This document shows positions 1 to 12,189 of a DNA stretch of 64,000 nt, piece by piece; within the stretch, counting starts at the first letter, position 1, and each line of letters opens with the position of its first letter. The DNA is from Pristiophorus japonicus (Eukaryota), in assembly GCF_044704955.1 (NCBI RefSeq), contig NC_091990.1, forward strand, positions 177,010,001-177,074,000, given 5' to 3'. The translations under genes were made by a program, and so were the position numbers. The notes below the pieces were generated by a model. That model had not been told where the DNA came from. It did not search any database and saw nothing but the letters and a program-made list of their open reading frames with translations.

Positions 1-124
1 TCACACATGGGGGGCTACGGGTACCACTCCAACCAAATATCACGTCGCTATCGAAACCAGGGACACTGCACACTGGCACCACGCTCCTGGGCAATACTCT
101 TCAGCACCACCGGCATAAACAAGA

Positions 125-504
125 GGGGGGGGCAGTTCTGGATTTCGTGTTAGGGAATGGAGTTGGGCAGGTGGAAGGAGTAGCAGTGGGAGAGCATTTT
201 TGTGATAGTAATCATAATTCAGTTAATTTTAGCATAATTATGGATAAGGACAATGAAAAAACAGGAGTAAGGATTCTAAATTGGAGGAAGGCCAATTTTA
301 TTAGGCTGAGCAGTGGGAGGCATTCAAGAGGGAGGTACATGGAGTTCAGGGTAAACATGTTCCCACCAAGAAAAAGGGTAGAAGTGCCAAATTTAGTGCC
401 CCCTACATGGCAAGATGCATACAGGGTACGATAAGGCAAAAAAGTGAAGCCTATATCAGGTATCAGGAGCTCAATACTACAGACAGCCTCGAAGAGTATA
501 GAAA
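125..504 (+). mobile_element. Older CR1 ORF2 fragment (5' part, split by the 505-4839 CR1)
   Basis: VLGN..GQV..V.VGEHF.DS.HNSV.F...LNWRKANF is the end of a CR1 endonuclease; reading resumes at 4840. Confidence 0.75.
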
Positions 505-825
505 GTCGGCGGCAGTCGGGAGCAGCGTTGAGGAGGTGCGTGGAGAGGCCTATAAAAGGCACAGCAGGGAGTCCGGGGCCCAGCGTCGGCGGCAGTCGGG
601 AGCAGCGTCGAGGAGGTGCGTGGTGAGGCCTATAAAAGGCGGGACTTGTGCAGCTACAGGGAGAAGGCAAAAAAGAAGTAGAAAGAAATCAAAAGGTGAC
701 GTCACAGCCAAGAGGGTAAGTGATTGGCTGGTGATTGGTGAGTAGTTTTTCTTTTTTCTCTTCTATATCAGTGAGTAACTTTTAACACTGTTGTTGCCAA
801 TTTAAGTGTATATAAGGGTTAAGTC

Positions 826-1773
826 ATGGCAGGAGAGCTCGGTCGGGTGCTATGCTCCTCCTGTACCATGTGGGAACTCAGGGACACTTCCGGTGTCCCT
901 GACGATTACGTGTGCGGGAAGTGTATCTGCCTCCAGCTCCTGACAGACCGCGTTGCGGAGTTGGAGCTGAGGGTGGATTCACTCTGGAGCATCCACGATG
1001 CTGAGAATGACGTGAGTATCACGTGTAGCGAGTTGGTCGTACCACAGGGAAAGGGTCCACAGCCAGATAGGGAATGGAAGACCAACAGGAAGAGCAGTGC
1101 AAGGAAGGTAGTGCAGGAGTCCCCTGTGGTCATCCCCCTGCAAAACAGATACACTGCTTTGGGTACTGTTGAGGGGGATGACTCATCAGGGGAGGGCAGC
1201 AGCAGCCAAGTTCATGGCACCGTGGCTGGCTCTGCTGCACAGGAGGGCAGGAAAAAGAGTGGGAGAGCAATAGTGATTGGGGATTCAATGGTGAGGGGAA
1301 TAGATAGGCGTTTCTGCGGCCGCAACCGAGACTCCAGGATGGTATGTTGCCTCCCTGGTGCAAGGGTCAAGGATGTCTCGGAGCGGGTGCAGGACATTCT
1401 AAAAAGGGAGGGAGAACAGCCAGTTGTCGTGGTGCACATTGGTACCAACGACATAGGTAAAAAGAGGGATGAGGTCCTACGAAACGAATTTAAGGAGCTA
1501 GGAGCTAAATTAAAAAGTAGGACCTCAAAAGTAGTAATCTCGGGATTGCTACCAGTGCCACGTGATAGTCAGAGTCGGAATCGCAGAATAGCGCAGATGA
1601 ATACGTGGCTTGAGCAGTGGTGCAACAGGGAGGGATTCAAATTCCTGGGGCATTGGAACCGGTTCTGGGGGAGGTGGGACCAGTACAAACCGGACGGTCT
1701 GCACCTGGGCAGGACCGGAACCAATGTCCTAGGGGGAGTGTTTGCTAGTGCTGTTGGGGAGGATTTAAACTGA
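826..1773 (+). CDS. CR1 ORF1p (zinc finger, coiled coil, SGNH esterase-like), intact
   Basis: CSSC...CGKC zinc finger; [14 protein letters not shown] and DGLH esterase-fold blocks. Confidence 0.9.
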   Translation: MAGELGRVLCSSCTMWELRDTSGVPDDYVCGKCICLQLLTDRVAELELRVDSLWSIHDAENDVSITCSELVVPQGKGPQPDREWKTNRKSSARKVVQESPVVIPLQNRYTALGTVEGDDSSGEGSSSQVHGTVAGSAAQEGRKKSGRAIVIGDSMVRGIDRRFCGRNRDSRMVCCLPGARVKDVSERVQDILKREGEQPVVVVHIGTNDIGKKRDEVLRNEFKELGAKLKSRTSKVVISGLLPVPRDSQSRNRRIAQMNTWLEQWCNREGFKFLGHWNRFWGRWDQYKPDGLHLGRTGTNVLGGVFASAVGEDLN

Positions 1774-4742
1774 TATGGCAGGGGGATGGGAACCAATGCA
1801 GGGAGACAGAGGGAAACAAAAAGGAGGCAAAAGCAAAAGACAGAAAGGAGATGAGGAAAAGTGGAGGGCAGAGAAACCCAAGGCAAAGAACAAAAAGGGC
1901 CACTGTACAGCAAAATTCTAAAAGGACAAAGGGTGTTAAAAGAACAAGCCTGAAGGCTTTGTGTCTTAATGCAAGGAGTATCCGCAATAAAGTGGATGAA
2001 TTAACTGTGCAAATAGATGTTAACAAATATGATGTGATTGGGATTACGGAGACGTGGCTCCAGGATGATCAGGGCTGCGAACTCAACATCCAGGGGTATT
2101 CAACATTCAGGAAAGATAGAATAAAAGGAAAAGGAGGTGGGGTAGCATTGCTGGTTAAGGAGCAAATTAAGGCAATAGTTCGGAAGGACATTAGCTTGGA
2201 TGATGTGGAATCTATATGGGTAGAGCTGCAGAATACCAAAGGACAAAAAACGTTAGTGGGAGTTGTGTACAGACCTCCAAACAGTAGTAGTGATGTTGGG
2301 GAGGGCATCAAACATGAAATTAGGGGTGCGTGCAATAAAGGTGCAGCAGTTATAATGGGTGACTTTAATATGCACATAGATTGGGTTAACCAAACTGGAA
2401 GCAATACGGTAGAGGAGGATTTCCTGGAGTGCATAAGGGATGGTTTTTTAGACCAATATGTCGAGGAACCAACTAGGGGGGAGGCCATCTTAGACTGGGT
2501 GTTGTGTAATGAGAGAGGATTAATTAGCAATCTCGTTGTGCGAGGCCCCTTGGGGAAGAGTGACCATGATATGGTGGAATTCTGCATTAGGATGGAGAAT
2601 GAAACAGTTAATTCAGAGACCATGGTCCAGAACTTAAAGAAGGGTAACTTTGAAGGTATGAGGCGTGAATTGGCTAGGATAGATTGGCGAATGATACTGA
2701 AGGGGTTGACTGTGGATGGGCAATGGCAGACATTTAGAGACCGCATGGATGAACTACAACAATTGTACATTCCTGTCTGTCGCAAAAATAAAAAAGGGAA
2801 GGTGGCTCAACCGTGGCTATCAAGGGAAATCAGGGATAGCATTAAAGCCAAGGAAGTGGCATACAAATTGGCCAGAAATAGCAGAGAACCCGGGGACTGG
2901 GAGAAATTTAGAACTCAGCAGAGGAGGACAAAGGGTTTGATTAGGGCAGGGAAAATGGAGTACGAGAAGAAGCTTGCAGGGAACATTAAGACGGATTGCA
3001 AAAGTTTCTATAGATATGTAAAGAGAAAAAGGTTAGTAAAGACAAACGTAGGTCCCCTGCAGTCAGAATCAGGGGAAGTCATAACGGGGAACAAAGAAAT
3101 GGCGGACCAATTGAACAAGTACTTTGGTTCGGTATTCACTGAGGAGGACACAAACAACCTTCCGGATATAAAAGGGGTCGGAGGGTCTAGTAAGGAGGAG
3201 GAACTGAGGGAAATCCTTATTAGTCGGGAAATTGTGTTGGGGAAATTGATGGGATTGAAGGCCGATAAATCCCCAGGGCCTGATGGACTGCATCCCAGAG
3301 TACTTAAGGAGATGGCCTTGGAAATAGTGGATGCATTGACAGTCATTTTCCAACATTCCATTGACTCTGGATCAGTTCCTATGGAGTGGAGGGTAGCCAA
3401 TGTAACCCCACTTTTTAAAAAAGGAGGGAGAGAGAAAACAGGGAATTACAGACCGGTCAGCCTGACATCGGTAGTGGGTAAAATGATGGAATCAATTATT
3501 AAGGATGTCATCGCAGTGCATTTGGAAAGAGGTAATATGATAGGTCCAAGTCAGCATGGATTTGTGAAAGGGAAATCATGCTTGACAAATCTTCTGGAAT
3601 TTTTTGAGGATGTTTCCAGTAGAGTGGACAAGGGAGAACCAGTCGATGTGGTATATTTGGACTTTCAGAAGGCTTTCGACAAGGTCCCACACAAGAGATT
3701 AATGTGCAAAGTTAAAGCACATGGGATTGGGGGTAGTGTGCTGACATGGATTGAGAACTGGTTGTCAGACAGGAAGCAAAGAGTAGGAGTAAATGGGGAC
3801 TTTTCAGAATGGCAGGCAGTGACTAGTGGGGTACCGCAAGGTTCTGTGCTGGGGCCCCAGCTGTTTACACTGTACATTAATGATTTAGACGAGGGGATTA
3901 AATGTAGTATCTCCAAATTTGCGGATGACACTAAGTTGGGTGGCAGTGTGAGCTGCAAGGAGGATTCTATGAGGCTGCAGAGCGACTTGGGATAGGTTAG
4001 GTGAGTGGGCAAATGCATGGCAGATGAAGTATAATGTGGATAAATGTGAGGTTATCCACTTTGGTGGTAAAAACAGAGAGACAGACTATTATCTGAATGG
4101 TGACAGATTAGGAAAAGGAGAGGTGCAACGAGACCTGGGTGTCATGGTACATCAGTCATTGAAGGTTGGCATGCAGGTACAGCAGGCGGTTAAGAAAGCA
4201 AATGGCATGTTGGCCTTCATAGCGAGGGCAGGGAGGTGTTGCTACAATTGTACAGGGCCTTGGTGAGGCCACACCTGGAGTATTGTGTACAGTTTTGGTC
4301 TCCTAACCTGAGGAAGGACATTCTTGCTATTGAGGGAGTGCAGCGAAGGTTCACCAGACTGATTCCCGGGATGGCGGGACTGACCTATCAAGAAAGATTG
4401 GATCAACTGGGCTTGTATTCACTGGAGTTCAGAAGAATGAGAGGGGACCTCATAGAAACGTTTAAAATTCTGACGGGGTTAGACAGGTTAGATGCAGGAA
4501 GAATGTTCCCAATGTTGGGGAAGTCCAGAACCAGGGGACACAGTCTAAGGATAAGGGGGAAGCCATTTAGGACTGAGATGAGGAGGAATTTCTTCACCCA
4601 GAGAGTGGTGAACCTGTGGAATTCTCTACCACAGAAAGTTGTTGAGGCCAATTCACTAAATATATTCAAAAAGGAGTTAGATGAAGTCCTTACTACTAGG
4701 GGAATCAAGGGGTATGGTGAGAAAGCAGGAATGGGGTACTGA
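1770..4742 (+). pseudogene. CR1 ORF2 (AP endonuclease + reverse transcriptase), frameshifted near the 3' end
   Basis: NARS, ITETW, GDFN and SDH endonuclease motifs; PQGSVLGP and FADD RT motifs. There is an extra G at about 3990 and a short deletion at about 4226 relative to the sister copy at 58660-59829. Confidence 0.9.
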
Positions 4743-4839
4743 AGTTGCATGTTCAGCCATGAACTCATTGAATGGCGGTGCAGGCTAGAAGGGCCGAATG
4801 GCCTACTCCTGCACCTATTTTCTATGTTTCTATATTTCT

Positions 4840-6680
4840 AAAGGGGTGAAATTAAGAAGGAAATTAGGAAAGCAAAAGGAGGGCATGAAAAAATACTGGC
4901 AAGTAGAATCAAAGAAAACCCAAAGATGTTTTCCAATTATATAAAGAGCAAGAGGATAACGAACAAAAGAGTAGGTCCTATTAGGGACCAAAATGGTGAT
5001 CTATGTATGAGGGCGGAGGATGTGGGTAAGGTACTAAATTAATACTTTGCAGCTGTCTACAGAAAAAGAGGGGGACGATGCTGACATTGAAGTTCAGGAA
5101 GAAGATCGTGAAATATTGGACGGGATAAACATAGTAAGAGAGGAAGTTTTAAGGGGTTTAGCATCCTTGAAAGTAGATAAATCGCCAGGACCGTATGAAA
5201 TATATCCGAGGCTACTAAAAGAAGCAAGGGATGAAATTGCAGAGGCTTTGACCATCATTTTCCAATCCTCCCTGGCTATAGGAGTTTTGCCAGAGGATTG
5301 GAGAACTGCTAACATTGTACCATTATTTAACAAGGAAGGAAGGGATAAACCGAGTAATTACAGGCCAGTTCGTTTAACCTCGGTGGTGGACAAATTACTG
5401 GAATCAATTTTGAGGGACCGTATTAACCTTCATTTACAAAGACACAGATTAATCAAGGATGGTCAGCATGGATTTGTTAAGGGAAAGTTGTGTCTGACTA
5501 ACTTGATTGAGTTCTTTGAGGAAGTAACAAGGAGGGTCAAAAAGCCAGTGCATTTGATGTAGTTTCCATGGATTTTAGCAAGGCTTTTGAAAAGGTCCCA
5601 CATGGTAGGCTAATCAAAAAAGTAAAAGCCCATGGGATCTAAGGGAGAGTGCCAAATTGGAGCCAAAATTGGCTCAGTGGCAGGAAGCAAAGGATAATGG
5701 TTGAAGGGAGGTTTTGTGACTGGAAGGCTGTTTCCAGTGGGGTTCCACGTGGCTCAGTACTCGGTCCCTTACGTTTTGTAGTATATATTGATGATTTAAA
5801 CTTAAATGTAGGGGGCATGATAAAGAAATTTGCAGATGAAAGAAAATTGGCCGTGTAGTTGACAGTGAGTAGAAAAGCCCTAGACTGCAGGAACATATTG
5901 ATGAACTGGTGGCAGAAAAGTAGCAACTGGAATTCAATCGTAAATGTGTGAGGTAATGCATGTGGGGAGGGGCAACAAGACAAGGGAATACACAATAAAT
6001 GGCAGGATACTGAGTGATGTGGAGGAACAGAGGGACCTTCGAGTATGTGTTCACAGATCCTTAAAGGTAGCAGGACAGGTTCAATAAGGTAATTAAAAGG
6101 ATATATGGAATGCTTTCCTTTATTAGCCGAGGCATAGAATACAAGAACAGGGAAGTTATGCTCGAACTATATAAAACACTAGTTAGGCCACAGTTTGAGT
6201 ACTGCGTGCAGTTCTAGTCACCACATTACAGGAAAGATGTGATTGCACTAGAAAGGGTGCAGAGGAGATTTACGAGGATGTTGCCAGGACTGGAAAACTT
6301 TAGCTATGAGGAAAGATTGGATAGGCTGGGGTTGTTTACCTTGGAACAGAGGAGGCTGAGGGGGGATTTAATTGAGGTGTATAAAATTATGAGGGGCCTA
6401 GATAGAGTGGATAGGAAGGACCTAAATCCCTTAGCAGAGGAGTCAATAACCAGCGGGCATAGATTTAAAGTAGTTGGTAGAAAGATTAGAGGGAAGATGA
6501 GGAAATATTTCTTCTCCCAGAGGGTGGTGGGAGTCTGGAACTCACTGCCTGAAAGGGTGATAGAGATAGAAACCCTCATCACATTTAAAAGGTACTTGGA
6601 TATGCACTTAAAGAGCCGTAACCTACAAGGCGACGGACCTAATGCTAGAAGGTGGGATTAGGCCGGACAACTCTTTTTTG
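4840..6680 (+). mobile_element. Older CR1 ORF2 3' part, degenerate
   Basis: RT fragments (KSPGP, NYRPV.LTS, GVP.GSVLGP, LERVQRRFTR) with stops and frameshifts. Confidence 0.9.
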
Positions 6681-7411
6681 ACCATGAGGGACAAGAGTGC
6701 TCGCAATTACTTTGGAGATAACTTCCATATCTCCCGATCTCGAGCACTCTGGGTGAGATTTTCCGGGGCATCAGCGGGTGTGATCAGTGGCGTGTCGGGT
6801 GGGAAAGTGTTTTTTTCCCCAGCTGGTCGGGACCATGCTGTGAATCCACAGCCACGCATCTTTCCCTGTCAGCACTGAACAGACCCGACACACAGCGACG
6901 GGGGGCCCAATTAAGCTCATTATAACCTTGTTTAGAAATGATTAAGAATATATTTTAGCACACCTTTTGACTTTATGTGCTCACCGATGGGGTCCTCGCT
7001 GCTTGGGGATGATGTCTGTTAAGCTGAGGCGGGAGATGAAAGGCCATTGAAAGGTTGATTACTTGACAGCTTGAAATGTGCTAGAAAAGCTCCCACCTCA
7101 CAGCTCTTCACTTTCCAAGCTCAGAAGCTGTTGCTTACTGCATTTGGAAGACAGATTGAGCTTTATGCATGTTACAAGTGTTTGGAGTAAACTCTCTATC
7201 CAGTGTCACCTCATTGGAACAACCTCTCGCACCATTGACAGAATGCTTCCTGGCCATATTGCTGCCCGGGAGGTGAGGGATTGCCAAAAATTCCCCCTTT
7301 GACGTCTGTAGATAAATTATTAAATTGTTAAAATGGCTGGATCTCTTGCTATGCCATCATGCATATGGTCCCTGAAACCGTTGTCCCCTATTTATAAGGA
7401 AGGAGAAACTG

Positions 7412-8070
7412 AGGGGGCAAAATTTCTCTATTGTGCGTCTCACGTTAGCGTCTCAGGGGGGCACTAATAGGGTGAGAAAGTATTTTCGGCCACGGGGTGT
7501 TGCTACAGGCACCCGCAAATTTGCGCGGGAGTTCGCAGAGGCGCGAATCAAATAGCACCGTGCCCCACTGGTAGGGCCCTGGGCCGATGATGCCTCTGGC
7601 GTGTGCAGTGACTGTTTTCGGCCCCCCGGCAGTCCACCTCCGCCCCATGGGCAGTACATCAATCATGGGGCGAAAGTTGCAGGGGAGGTGCCGGTTGGGC
7701 CATTGTCCAACGATGTCATGGGTTCTGAGCCCGGTTTGTGCAGCCACGGCATCCCACTTTCCTGGTGGCCCAGTGAAGGTCCATCAAAAGGCTTGCAGAG
7801 CTCGCAGCATCCCTCCCCTTTAATGGAGGGGGAGGGGGGTTGAATTGCATCAGCGCTATGTGGAGAGGTCGCGTAGTGCTCCATGATGCGCCCGGGTGGC
7901 GCCCCCGATCCCGCCCCGAAAGGACGTGGAGCACACAACATTGGGCGCCACTTCCTGTGAGGGGCAGTAAGCCCAAATTTGCTTCCGGGGCGTGACTATG
8001 GCGCCAGGTGCAGAATGTCTGGCCTCAGAAGTTATCGACCCCAACTGGGATGATAGCCAATTTCACCCCC
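7412..8070. mobile_element. GC-rich non-autonomous DNA-transposon-like insert (Harbinger-type termini)
   Basis: GGGGGCAAAATT ... AATTTCACCCCC imperfect terminal inverted repeats; no credible ORF. Confidence 0.45.
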
Positions 8071-8099
8071 AGAAAATCTATTGTGGCACTGCTTAAGAG

Positions 8100-11000
8100 C
8101 CCAAGGAATTAATTTGTCAATTCATAGGGGACAAAATTCCATAACTTCCTGGTTGCGAGCAGTAAAAGTTGCAAGACAGGACTTCCTGTGCTAGGTGCAG
8201 AAGTCCTGCCCCGGCAGCTAAATTGGGCTTTCTGCACCTGAGAAGAAGTGGAGCGCAACGTCTCTCGGGCGCCCCTTGCATTTCCGCCAACAGTTCGGAA
8301 TTCAAGGCCTCCACCCTTTGTCCGTAAGCCCCAATATCGATGGCCTTGTCTGAGTCCTCCTCAGCAGGACTCGACTGCACACTCGCCCCCCCCCCCCCCC
8401 CCAGAGAGATGGCACCCAAGGTTCCATTGGCTCTACACCATGCTGCAGTCCCAGTGCTTCATCCAGTGCAGACCACTCTTCTAAATCTAAGTTACCTGAC
8501 CGCATACGCCCAGTATCTGAGCTAGCGCGTGAAACTTGTAAGGGGTGGTCTCTATGAGGGGGTCAGGTTCACTTCTGACCAACTTGAGCGGTTCGAATCG
8601 CTCCCACTCCCTTGGGTTCTAGACTCTGGATTTATTTGGGGGATGTGACAAAGTGCAAAGGACACTGGTTTGATGCAAAAGAACTTTGATTTTATTGCAG
8701 TCACGGAAATACAAACATAAATATTCTAGTAAGAAAATACAATGTCAGACTTACAATCGCTCTAATAAGGAACAATACAAGGAAAGGTACAATATCAACC
8801 TTATAATCACTCTAATAAAGAACCATACACTACACATTCAAAGGGGGTTACAGTAAGATTACACCTCTCACCTCCCAATACCTACTCCTAGCTAGGTTAG
8901 ACCCCAGGGCAGGCAGTGACTATGCTTACCAATCCTTTTGACAGTTAGCGGTAGATCACAGTTTCAGGGTTTGCTGGATGCGGTAGTGTCTGCTTGCCAT
9001 ACCCAGAATGTCGGAGAAGACTTTCTGCTGCGCAATCTTCAGTTGGGTTGAGTCCACTGATGCAGTAAGGCACGTTTTGGATCTGTGGGGTAAGTACCTG
9101 TTTTCTTTGATTAGAAATAATTTTCTACAGTCGTTTAGGTAATGTTTTACCCGTTGGTAGGTCAGGATTAGATTGTAGAGTGGAAACTTTTCGATTCTTC
9201 GGTTTTTCCCCGTTGGAGTTTTGTTTCGAATTTGGTCGATCGCTGTGGTTTTTTTGTTGATACCACATTGGTTGTGGTCGGTTGCTGCCGCGATGGTGAT
9301 GTTCTTCCTTTCTTCAGGACTTTCAGGGCTTCGAGGCTAGAGAAGTTAGTTTACAACTGTCGCGTTTGTTTCTCTCCTTGTCTTGATGACACCAGCGTAG
9401 TGCGGTACTAGTATGTCATCTGAGATAGTAGCAACCTTGTAGCTACTTAGCAACTTAACCTCTGTTGAAAACAGGGGCCAGTTATATGGTTTGAGTGGTT
9501 CTAATCTTGGCGCCAAATCTGTTCAGAATTCTTTGTTTAAATTTGTCGGGCTTCACTCTTCTTTGTAATATTTTGGCGGGCTCGTTAAAAGTTGATATGT
9601 TTTGGGTGGGTTGATGTTTGAAAACTGTTTCCTGATGGAAATATTAGTTTGGTAAATGCAATGTCTTTTTGTGCTTAGTTTTCGCATACAGGCTGGATTG
9701 GGTCTCTTTGTGATGTATATGCTGAAATGGTCTTCCAGATTCATGTTGATGGGTAGCTATCTCTGGACGATTTTGTAATGTTTATGTCTCTTATGGAGAA
9801 GGATTCTCGAATACCCATTTCTCCAGACAGGTTACTTTAGTCCTCACACCCAGGTAGTCTCACTAGTCAGGTTGTCTCCTGTTAGTTCTTTAGGCCTGCC
9901 CACAGCCTGGAATCTGTCTTTTAAAATCCAAAATTTGATTAAAGTTCGTAGTTTCTTCCATAAGCACTTTAGGGTTCCAAACTTTTCGGTAGATAGTCCC
10001 AAATTAAATGTCCTTTCGAATGAGCCCAAACACAGGGGGGGTTCTTGTGAATTTTGCACCCCTCTTCAGAATGTTGTAAGCAGTGACACACTGTTTCTGG
10101 CAGAGCTCTCCCCCTCTCCATCTCTCTCATCCGAGATGCCGCCAAGATCATCGAGGGTGTCAAGTGTCTCCTCCTGACTGTGACTGCCAGTTGCATCATG
10201 GGTGGCTTTGTCACTCATGATGACACAGTGGGTATCATCTGCAAGCATAAAAGGGAGAAGGGTGCTGTGAGGAGCTGCACTGCACCATGCAGCAAGCAGC
10301 TTGCACAGAAGCATAAGCAATAGCCAATTAGGCCAATGAACTGAGGGAGACATGGTATTGCACAAGCGTCTTCACTACCCATGCTGCCCCAGCACCATTG
10401 GAGCAGCCAGCAGCCACAGAGTGACTAACGTGTCCGCTCACTAGCCGCTGCACCCTCTGCTCAAGATCTGTGAGAGGCACATTTTGAGATTTTCCTCCAC
10501 CAGTGGCTTGTTGGTCGGCATGGTTGTGCGCCATCTTGGCCTGCAAAGCAATGAAGGGTTGGCAAGTGGCAGTTTCAAGAGGCCTCGGCAATGAGTGCAA
10601 GTGTGGGTCCATTAAATGCAGCTGTGAATATCAGATGCTAGGCATCCTCCATTGTGAGTGTGAACACATACAGGTCTAGCAATCAACAGGCACTTCAGCT
10701 ACTAAGTAGTGTTGGTGAGAAGCAAGTTAAGGTGAAGGAGAGTGTGGCAGATGTAATGTGAGGACATCATGTACTCACTTTCATCAATTGAATAAGATTG
10801 GTTAGCCTCTTCCTGCAATGGTTCGGGGTCCGTTAATGAATGGAGGTCCCCGAAACTCCCTCCGCTTTCTCCCTCCAGGGTTCGGTGAAGACACCTCGAG
10901 TTGGTCTCCCACCACTCTCAGGGAAGAGTAGCCGCCTCCTTCCGTTCACACCTTCGATGAGAGCCTCGAGTTCTGGGTCGCTGAAGCGCCTCGCTCTCCT

Positions 11001-11268
11001 CATACCTCCCCGTGCAGCCATCTCCTCGAATGCAGGTCCAAATGAACTCAAGACACAGCTGCAAAACCTGCCCTTTAAGAAGGCCAGGGGGCAGCTGCAT
11101 TGTTAGCATGATGGTTTGCATCAAATGTCTAGGAGTGGAATTTTGCAATGCAAACTCCACTCCGCAGCCACACCGCTGGCTTAATACCACCCCATCCATA
11201 TCGGCGGGACCGGACGCTCAAATGTGGTGCATGCTACCCGTTTCGGGCGGGGGGCAATTTCTACCCCA
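8100..11268 (-). mobile_element. PIF/Harbinger remnant: spliced Myb/SANT DNA-binding gene, decayed
   Basis: 10833-11022 encodes RARRFSDPELEALIEGVNGRRRLLFP...W...CRKR, followed by a GTGAGT donor. A second exon reads KMAHN...TGGG...LTDLEQRV. A terminal AATTTCTACCCC motif lies near 11260. Interrupted by 8537-10068. Confidence 0.7.
8537..10068 (-). mobile_element. Large solo-LTR-like insert
   Basis: Starts TGTAAGGGG and ends CCCCTCTTCA. Has a minus-strand AATAAA at about 8691, short internal tandem repeats, and splits the Harbinger Myb gene. No TSD was found. Confidence 0.5.
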
Positions 11269-11641
11269 AAGAGTGTCGGAAAGATAGAGAAACAGATCAG
11301 AAAGCAGATAGGTTAAGCTGAGCAAAATTGAGAAACAGAGTTTAGATGTATGTTCCGGACCCATGTTTTTGATTTAATTTAAAAAAATACTTCACGCGGA
11401 TTTATACAGTGGTGCAGTTGTAGTGGTTTTTCTTACATGTACTTATAGATGTAACTATCGATACTTCTATTCACCGAAGTTCAAGTCTAAAGTCTTAGCA
11501 TGCTCACACTATGTTCCTGTGTGTATTACTTTTTAAATGGACCTGCATAATGTAGTATGTATGAATAACAGCTAAATGTTTCCATCTATTTGTGATATTA
11601 AGGTACTTGTATGCATATTAATGTTTTAAATTATTTTAAAG

Positions 11642-11980
11642 GCACTTTTGAATTGGAAATATTTCCCTCTCCGCTGGAAGTTTCAGTAAATAAAGATGCT
11701 CTTCTAAAATGCAAATACAGTAAACCAGAACCTGACCTCACATATGTAGCTGTTCAATGGCTTTTTGAATCGCAAGCAAACCAGACAGAAGTGTATTTAT
11801 TTAACGGAGGGGAACATCTCCCAACAAGAAAAGGAGCAAAGATTTTTGACGACGCCTTACGGAACGGAAATGCTTCACTTTACCTTCCAAATGTACAACT
11901 TAGCGAAGAAGGAAAATACACCTGCATTGTTTTTGTTACTCCCCATAAAGAAGAAAAGAGTTCAGTAATGCAAGTATCAG
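11642..11980 (+). CDS. Ig V-set exon of an NCR3LG1 (B7-H6)-like receptor
   Basis: AG acceptor at 11640-11641 and GTAAG donor at 11981; 339 nt, phase 1-1. LLKC...VQW...GNASLYLPNVQLSEEGKYTCIVFVTP has the V-set C-W-C core and resembles the B7-H6 IgV motif [26 protein letters not shown] as recalled. The leader exon was not identified. Confidence 0.9.
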
Positions 11981-12189
11981 GTAAGAGAGACAAAATCATT
12001 TACTGATATGTTATATAATTTGGTGTTATGTTCACAGTAGAGAGGATTTGCTGCTATAAGCAATAATATGTGTTTGCTATCTATAAAAGGCAACATTGTG
12101 TTGCAGAGCTTCTGGCTCCCCTGATGACTCAATGAGCTTAACAGTCAGTGACTGAGCCATACACATCATGAAGAATGCAGTCTTTACAA

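Larger units (their letters stand above)
505..4839 (+). mobile_element. Near full-length CR1 LINE
   Basis: 5' tandem monomers, ORF1, APE+RT ORF2, 3' UTR hairpin and a (TTCTATGT)n-type tail ending near 4839. Confidence 0.95.

Noticed and set aside
2069-4768. Long antisense ORFs over CR1 ORF2 (also 31757-32410 and 60692-61300)
   Set aside because: These are shadow frames of LINE coding sequence.
8586-8603. tRNA gene suggested by GGTTCGAAT
   Set aside because: There is no A-box or cloverleaf; it is an isolated hairpin inside an LTR-like insert.
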